A stretch of DNA of 62,949 bases, filler included. It is 7 parts of 7 records of this genome, joined end to end, with 100 filler letters (N's around TTAATTAATTAA, not from the genome) between each part and the next. Parts side by side here need not be neighbours in the genome. Positions count along the whole stretch, not along the records: positions 57,849 to 62,949 come from SRR31156797_17241; 6 more parts are not named here. One strand, written 5' to 3'. The position numbers and the translations under genes were made by a program. Numbering within the stretch: the first letter of the stretch is position 1; each line of letters opens with the position of its first letter. Shown in pieces: positions 57,849-62,949 of this stretch. The notes under the pieces are model-generated. The model worked only from the letters and a program-made list of their open reading frames with translations. It was not told where the DNA came from and ran no database searches.

Positions 57849-58861
57849 ACGGCAAAAAGCGATACGGTCGCGATCTGCACGTCGTTGCCCGGCGGCAGTC
57901 CGCTGATATCCAGGTCCTCCACGGTGACACAGATCTGGGTCGTCACCTCACCGGGGCCGACGGTGTCGGGATCGAGCGTGCCCGACCAGGTTCCGCCGAC
58001 GCCGGCGCCCGGCGTGATCTCAACCGAGAGCAGGGCCCGGAAGTTCAGTTCCAGCGTTAGCATGGTACAGCCGGAGTAGTCGTTGCCAGCCGTTTTGCCG
58101 AGGACCAGGGCGTTGCCGCCGATGCCAATGACGATCTCGTCCGGCCCGGGTTTGGGTTCAGGCTCGGGGTCGGGATCGGGTTTGGATTCCGGGCAAGGCG
58201 ACAGGATCGGATGGTAGATATCGCCGTCGAGTTGGGGGCAGAGGCGAATCCCGGCCGGTCCGGGTGGGGTGTTGTTGAACAGGCCGTGAACTTGCACCTG
58301 GTCGCCAAAGCCGAGGGCGCCGCCCTGGTTGAGGGCGAGGTAGAGTCCCAGAGGGGCGACGAGATTGTAGGCCTGGCCCTCGTCGGTTTCCAGGTAGATG
58401 CAGCCTTCGAGCCCTTCGCGGATGGTGCCGCACTGATCGAAGTGCCGCCCGAGGAGCATCTGTTGCGGGTCGACCCAGAGCGCCGAGTTCACGGGAAAGA
58501 GCAGGGAGGCGGCGTCGGGGCATCGGGTCAGATCCGCCTTGCCGTTGGCCCAGAAGTCCCAGCTAATCAGGATGTCCCCGGAACCGTCGCTCGGGTCGGC
58601 GCAAACCACGGTGCCGCCGCGGCCCGCCATCAGATCCAGCGAACTGTCCAGAGGGGGGTCCTGGAGCACGACGACCCGTTCGCCCGGCGTGAAATAGTCG
58701 GGCCATACGCCCGCGAGTGTCAGCGATAAGACCTTCGGCGAACCTGGGTTGGCGGAGTCCATTTGGATGGCGATTTTCGGTCCCCGGGCGGGGATATCGG
58801 CTTGGACCGGGATCACTAGCAGGGCCATGATCCCCACGATAAGCATTCCTCGGTGTTTCAT
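57849..58861 (-). CDS. Secreted Cys-containing multidomain hypothetical protein (3'-truncated)
   Basis: AAGGAGG RBS before ATG 58861, signal peptide ending VQA, SH3-like segment (FTPGERVVVL...GTVVC...ILISWD), PDPDPEPEP linker. Confidence 0.75.
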
Positions 58862-59155
58862 GTTGACCTCCTTCTCGACTTGGGACACAGACGTTTACTT
58901 CTGGTCGACCACATGCTCACCTATTAGTATAGTCGTACGGGAGGCCGATTATCAAGTTCATCGGAATGGGTCCCCGATCAGCCCCTTTCTTCCGGCGGTG
59001 ATTCCTGTTGAATCAGCGTCACTGAAATGGTACAATCTGCCCCTGTCTCGGAGATCACACCCCCATCAATCTGCGGTCATGTGCAGGTCTATCCCGAGTG
59101 TTGCCGAGGGGGTGACAGAGAACTGCCCATGGAGATTGTCGCGAGGTTAACGAAG

Positions 59156-60403
59156 ATGAAGCATGTGTTGTTGGTTGGCTTGATTTTGTCGTGTGTTTGC
59201 CCCGGTGCCTGGGGACAGGTTTCGGTCACGGGGTCGTGCGACCAGGCCGGCGGGTGGATGGCCGGCGGGTGGGGCAGCTACAAGGTCACGGTCGCAAACG
59301 CGTCGACCGAGTCTGTCGCCGTCAAGCGTTTCTTCGCGGGCTGGCAAGGACGCGGCGATCGGAAGGATCGTCAGGGGGACGAACTGGATATCGAGATTGC
59401 CGCCGGAGAGAAATGGGTCAAGAGCGAAGTGCGGTACATGTTTCCGGATCTGGCCGAGGCCGCGGGCGAGAAGAGTCCGGTGATGGCCGGTGTGGTCGCG
59501 GTGCAGGTGGCGTCGGATATGCAGGAGATTCCGTTTTCCTTTGCGGTTCCCGTGGCGGTGTTGCCCGAGCCAACGCGGACGATAGAGGGTCGCTACGTGG
59601 GGTTGGAACTGGCGGAGTCTCGCTTCGACGCGTTCGCGCACCTGGAGCGGACGGCGCGCTGGATGGACCAGTGCTATGAGGCCATGGTCGACCTGACCGG
59701 AGGCCGGCCGTACGATGGTAACACAATCACTTTGAAAGAGAGCCCCGAACATCCCTACTGGGCGTATGCGGGGCAGGAGATCATTCTGAACACGCGTTAC
59801 GTCGGCTCGACCCTGGAGGATTTCGATAAGGGCCTGATGTCATTCGGTTGGGTGCATGAGATGGGGCATGATTTCGACGACGGTATCGGCCCGTGGTACA
59901 TCTGGAGCGGTCCGGCAGGGGAATGGCAGGCCAACTTCAAACTGTGCTATGCGGGCGAGACGATCGAAGACCAGTCCTTCCGTTACGCGTGGACGTTCCA
60001 GCCGCCGCATTTTCCGTCACCCGATCGAACCTCAAGACTTACGGGCTATGAGCTGACCGAAAAGATGTTCCTGATGTATGGCGACCGCTACCTGGCCGAT
60101 CCCAACCGGTCGTGGGAGACGCTGGCATCCGATGAGATGCACTCGCTCTTCCAGCGCATCCAGCGCGTGTACGGTTGGGAGATCTACCAGAATTGGTATC
60201 GCACCTATCGCGCTCTCAAGGCCCAGGGCTTCGGGCCGCCCGAGTCCGCGGAGGATAAGATCAACTTGATTGTGGCGATCTTGTCGCGCGAGGCGAAGGT
60301 GGATCTGGTGCCGGTCTTTCAGCAGTGGCGCCTGCCCGTCTCGAAAGAGCAGGTTGCCGCGATGGCGCGGAAATACAAGCTGTGCAGCGAGGAGGAATCC
60401 TGA
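59156..60403 (+). CDS. Secreted M60-like (gluzincin) metallopeptidase
   Basis: Signal peptide from ATG 59156, GWVHEMGHDF...WSGPAGEWQAN (HExxH + E), YGWEIY, DLVPVFQQWRLP. Confidence 0.75.
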   Translation: MKHVLLVGLILSCVCPGAWGQVSVTGSCDQAGGWMAGGWGSYKVTVANASTESVAVKRFFAGWQGRGDRKDRQGDELDIEIAAGEKWVKSEVRYMFPDLAEAAGEKSPVMAGVVAVQVASDMQEIPFSFAVPVAVLPEPTRTIEGRYVGLELAESRFDAFAHLERTARWMDQCYEAMVDLTGGRPYDGNTITLKESPEHPYWAYAGQEIILNTRYVGSTLEDFDKGLMSFGWVHEMGHDFDDGIGPWYIWSGPAGEWQANFKLCYAGETIEDQSFRYAWTFQPPHFPSPDRTSRLTGYELTEKMFLMYGDRYLADPNRSWETLASDEMHSLFQRIQRVYGWEIYQNWYRTYRALKAQGFGPPESAEDKINLIVAILSREAKVDLVPVFQQWRLPVSKEQVAAMARKYKLCSEEES

Positions 60404-60429
60404 GGCGATCCGGCGCGTCGGAGGACGTC

Positions 60430-62088
60430 TCAGGGCTTGACGCTGACATGCCATTCGTCGAGCGTACGCCGCTCCATGGTGAAGGTCAGATCGGTCTGCT
60501 GGGCCACGTGCGCCAGGAGTTGGGCCATCTCGTAGCGATACGTCGTTCCAGGTGTGCGGATCGGGTCCAGTTTCAACGAGAGGTAGTCCGACCATGACAC
60601 GTCCACCTCGGACGACAGAGTGTCATCGACGAATCGTTTCCCGGTCCGGTTGGTGATATGCCGCAGCAGTTGGGCCAGGGTGCCCGATCCGCGGCCCGTA
60701 CAGGTACCACGCTCATCGACGGAACGCTCGGTGAAGAGCTGCACGTCGTTTTCGCCCTGGGCGCCGGGCAGGGGATGGTACTGGAAGATGCCGGTCGCTC
60801 GGGCAATCTGGGCCTCGACACGCCGTCTTTCGAGGGTGATGTTCCGGCCCGTTTCCTGGCGCAGAATGCGCTCCAGGGATGCGAGACGCTCGACCCTGGA
60901 GGCGTCGCGGCGGACGATCCAGTCTCCGGTGAGCCGCAGTTCCAGCAGATGCTCAGGACCACTGAATTCGCCGATGCCGAGTCCGCAGATATAGGGGAGG
61001 ATTTCGGAGAGTTTCAGGAACCCCGTGCCCGTGTAGGAGACGGTTGGGTTGGCCGCATCGTCCCATTGGAAGATGTGAATCGTGTTGTGAAGTGCCGCTT
61101 CCGGTACTTGGCCCGGGTCGATGGCCTCGCCGGCGATAAACTGGCTTCGGGCTGAAGGAGCCACAGGTGCGATGCGCGTCAGCGCCTCGTTCGCATCGAG
61201 GCGATAGACGGCCTCGGAGGCCTTTTGCGCCTGGACGCCTGGACCGAGAGATGGCGACGCCTCGCCGCTGAGGGTCAGGCCGCGCCGGTGATCGACGACA
61301 TAGCGCACCCCGCGAATTTCATCGGCCACCGTGCTGCCGTCCGGTAGCTTCGGCGTCAGCAACCGGTCGAAATCCGGATCGTTGATTGTGACATCCGTGA
61401 ATCGGAGCCTGGGGCCGGGAGACGCCGGTACATGAGCGAATTGGGTCCACACCGCGCTGGGGAACCACAGGCCCGGGCGGATCGCTTTGAACTCAGCTCT
61501 CTCAGCTCGGCGCACTTCGCCCTGGGCGATCATCTCGTGGCGAATGGGCAGATATCCCCGTTTCGGATCGAGGACCCTGGCCATGACCGCTCCGGGGCCC
61601 AGGTGTGTCTCCAGATAGCAGCGTCCATCCTCAGTCGGCGCGACGCTGATCCGCGCTTCGCTGGCCAAGGCCTGTTTCAACTCACTGATCACAGATCCGC
61701 CAAGGTAGCCGGAGGCGACGTTGCCGCGGCCGCTCTCGACGTGTCTGCCCGGGAAGATGGTGGCGGAATGGATCACGGTTCCCGTCGGTTTGATACGTTC
61801 ATGCACTTGAATCGTCCGCGTGCCGTCCCAGATGAGGCTGGTCGCATTCCCATTGTCGTCGATCTCTCTGATGCGGCCGCGGCCCTGACGGTTGTAGGCG
61901 ATGCGCTTCTCTATGCCACCATTGATCAGCGTGCACTGGTAATTCGAGATGGTGGCGAGTCGCTTGCGGATCTGCTCGAGCACGAAACGCGGGTCGTTGG
62001 GGTCGCCGTCCTGTCGGGCGGTGGCTGATGGGGCCAGCGCTGAGCCCAGACAGACCAGCAAAAAAGTTCGTTGTACACACAGCGACAT
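60430..62088 (-). CDS. Secreted two-domain hypothetical protein (LolA-like N-part; C-terminal domain shared with 62218-62949)
   Basis: Signal peptide, LDPKRGYLP...GLWFP...INDPDFD, then VYRLDANEAL, GDWIVR, RFVDDT, QTDLTF. Confidence 0.75.
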   Translation of the reverse strand: MSLCVQRTFLLVCLGSALAPSATARQDGDPNDPRFVLEQIRKRLATISNYQCTLINGGIEKRIAYNRQGRGRIREIDDNGNATSLIWDGTRTIQVHERIKPTGTVIHSATIFPGRHVESGRGNVASGYLGGSVISELKQALASEARISVAPTEDGRCYLETHLGPGAVMARVLDPKRGYLPIRHEMIAQGEVRRAERAEFKAIRPGLWFPSAVWTQFAHVPASPGPRLRFTDVTINDPDFDRLLTPKLPDGSTVADEIRGVRYVVDHRRGLTLSGEASPSLGPGVQAQKASEAVYRLDANEALTRIAPVAPSARSQFIAGEAIDPGQVPEAALHNTIHIFQWDDAANPTVSYTGTGFLKLSEILPYICGLGIGEFSGPEHLLELRLTGDWIVRRDASRVERLASLERILRQETGRNITLERRRVEAQIARATGIFQYHPLPGAQGENDVQLFTERSVDERGTCTGRGSGTLAQLLRHITNRTGKRFVDDTLSSEVDVSWSDYLSLKLDPIRTPGTTYRYEMAQLLAHVAQQTDLTFTMERRTLDEWHVSVKP

Positions 62089-62173
62089 CGATTCTCCTCT
62101 CCTATGTTGTGATCCACCACGTGCGGCCCCAGACCCATTGACGCGGGGTTTGGATGCCCCCCTGGAGGCGGTG

Positions 62174-62204
62174 TCGCGATCGCGCCAATTATGCGCGATC
62201 GCGA
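62174..62204. repeat. 12-bp inverted repeat TCGCGATCGCGC / GCGCGATCGCGA
   Basis: Read directly, just downstream of the 62218 stop on the minus strand. Confidence 0.6.
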
Positions 62205-62217
62205 ATCTGGCGTCACG

Positions 62218-62949
62218 CTAATTGGCGCGGGCCGCGACATTTCGTTGCGCGGTCACCTGCCATTGGTCGACTCGGCCGAGCTCGATGGTGAAGGCCAGGC
62301 CCGTCTGACGCGAGAGGTTGTCGAGCAGCGAGACCAGTTGCGGGTTGAAGATCGACGGCGCATTGCGGAAGTGACGGAGTTGGGCGCTGTCGTGCCAGAC
62401 CCAGCACAGATCGGCCTCCGGCGACTGCGTGTTGTCGACAATGAACATGCCGATGCCATCGGCCACGTCCTCGAGAAAGTGTCCCACAATGTCGCACCGG
62501 GTGTCGCGCGCGGTCTGGCCCAGCAGGGCATTGACGTCACCGGCGTGAATGTGAACGCCATCGTCGGCCGCCAACCCCGGCAGCGCGCGGAATTGGTACG
62601 TCCCGGACGCGCGCACGACGATGGTTTCGACCTCCTGTCTGACGAACGCGATCGACCGCTGGCGCTGCTTCTGGATGATGTGCTCCAGGTTGATCAGGAG
62701 CTGTTCGGTGGGCACGTCCTTGCGGACGATCCAATCGCCCGTGACCGGCAAGCCGAGCAGATGCGAGAGGCCCGCGTATTCGTGGCTGTCCAGCCCGACG
62801 ATGTTCTCCAGTACCGATGCGAGTTCCAGAAACCGGCGGGGGGCAATTTGTCGGTTGTTCTCCAGGCCGTTGTCCCAGTCAAACTGATAGAGTCGGTTTT
62901 CGATCGCTCGGGCTGTCAGGCCGGCAAGGCTCGGCTCAGCGCTGACCAG
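62218..62949 (-). CDS. Paralog of the 60430-62088 C-terminal domain (5'-truncated by window edge)
   Basis: Frame open to 62949 (LVSAEPSL...YQFDWDNG). TGDWIVRKD, ASGTYQFRALPG and SRQTGLAFT match TGDWIVRRD, ATGIFQYHPLPG and AQQTDLTFT. Confidence 0.8.
   Translation of the reverse strand: MVSAEPSLAGLTARAIENRLYQFDWDNGLENNRQIAPRRFLELASVLENIVGLDSHEYAGLSHLLGLPVTGDWIVRKDVPTEQLLINLEHIIQKQRQRSIAFVRQEVETIVVRASGTYQFRALPGLAADDGVHIHAGDVNALLGQTARDTRCDIVGHFLEDVADGIGMFIVDNTQSPEADLCWVWHDSAQLRHFRNAPSIFNPQLVSLLDNLSRQTGLAFTIELGRVDQWQVTAQRNVAARAN

Noticed and set aside
58057-62887. Overlapping alternative-frame ORFs in segment 7
   Set aside because: Expected by chance at high GC. They are Arg/Pro-rich and lack the RBS, signal peptides or paralogy seen in the four accepted genes.
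1-62949. rRNA, tRNA, phage, anti-phage defence, reverse transcriptase or integrase genes
   Set aside because: I recognised no such motifs in any segment. A short tRNA or ncRNA could be missed without a covariance search.

Overview
This window is not one locus. It is seven unrelated contigs joined by 100-bp linkers (44 N + TTAATTAATTAA + 44 N), most likely from an anoxic marine-sediment metagenome; all taxonomy is inferred from composition and gene content. (1) 1-13022, Desulfobacterota-like: sigma54-controlled polysaccharide-export locus with OPX, OM beta-barrel, Wzc-like co-polymerase, PHP phosphatase, hybrid kinase and bEBP. It includes a BY-kinase with a DUF4388/MshEN-like insertion, an Ala/Thr/Pro-rich secreted protein and a SurA-like pair. 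(2) 13123-25343, Bacteroidales: PUL with SusC/D, GH128, GH43, a sulfatase-GH16 fusion and three more sulfatases. (3) 25444-32374, Bacteroidales: mixed genes, an 8-bp tandem repeat, and three REP-like double hairpins beside the 3' end of a RAYT transposase missed by the ORF track. (4) 32475-40223, low-GC anaerobe: Cache/PAS kinase, nitroreductase, HD-GYP, tdh-kbl. (5) 40324-45778, Arcobacter-like: cti, argD, TolC, Cache kinase. (6) 45879-57748, Bacteroidota: LytS/LytTR-regulated TolC-MFP-ABC exporter and TonB receptor, all on the + strand between two attC-like sites (possible ~11.6-kb cassette). (7) 57849-62949, GC-rich Planctomycetota-like: secreted proteins, an M60-like peptidase and two paralogs. 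The best novelty candidates are the segment-1 export system and the segment-6 giant cassette.
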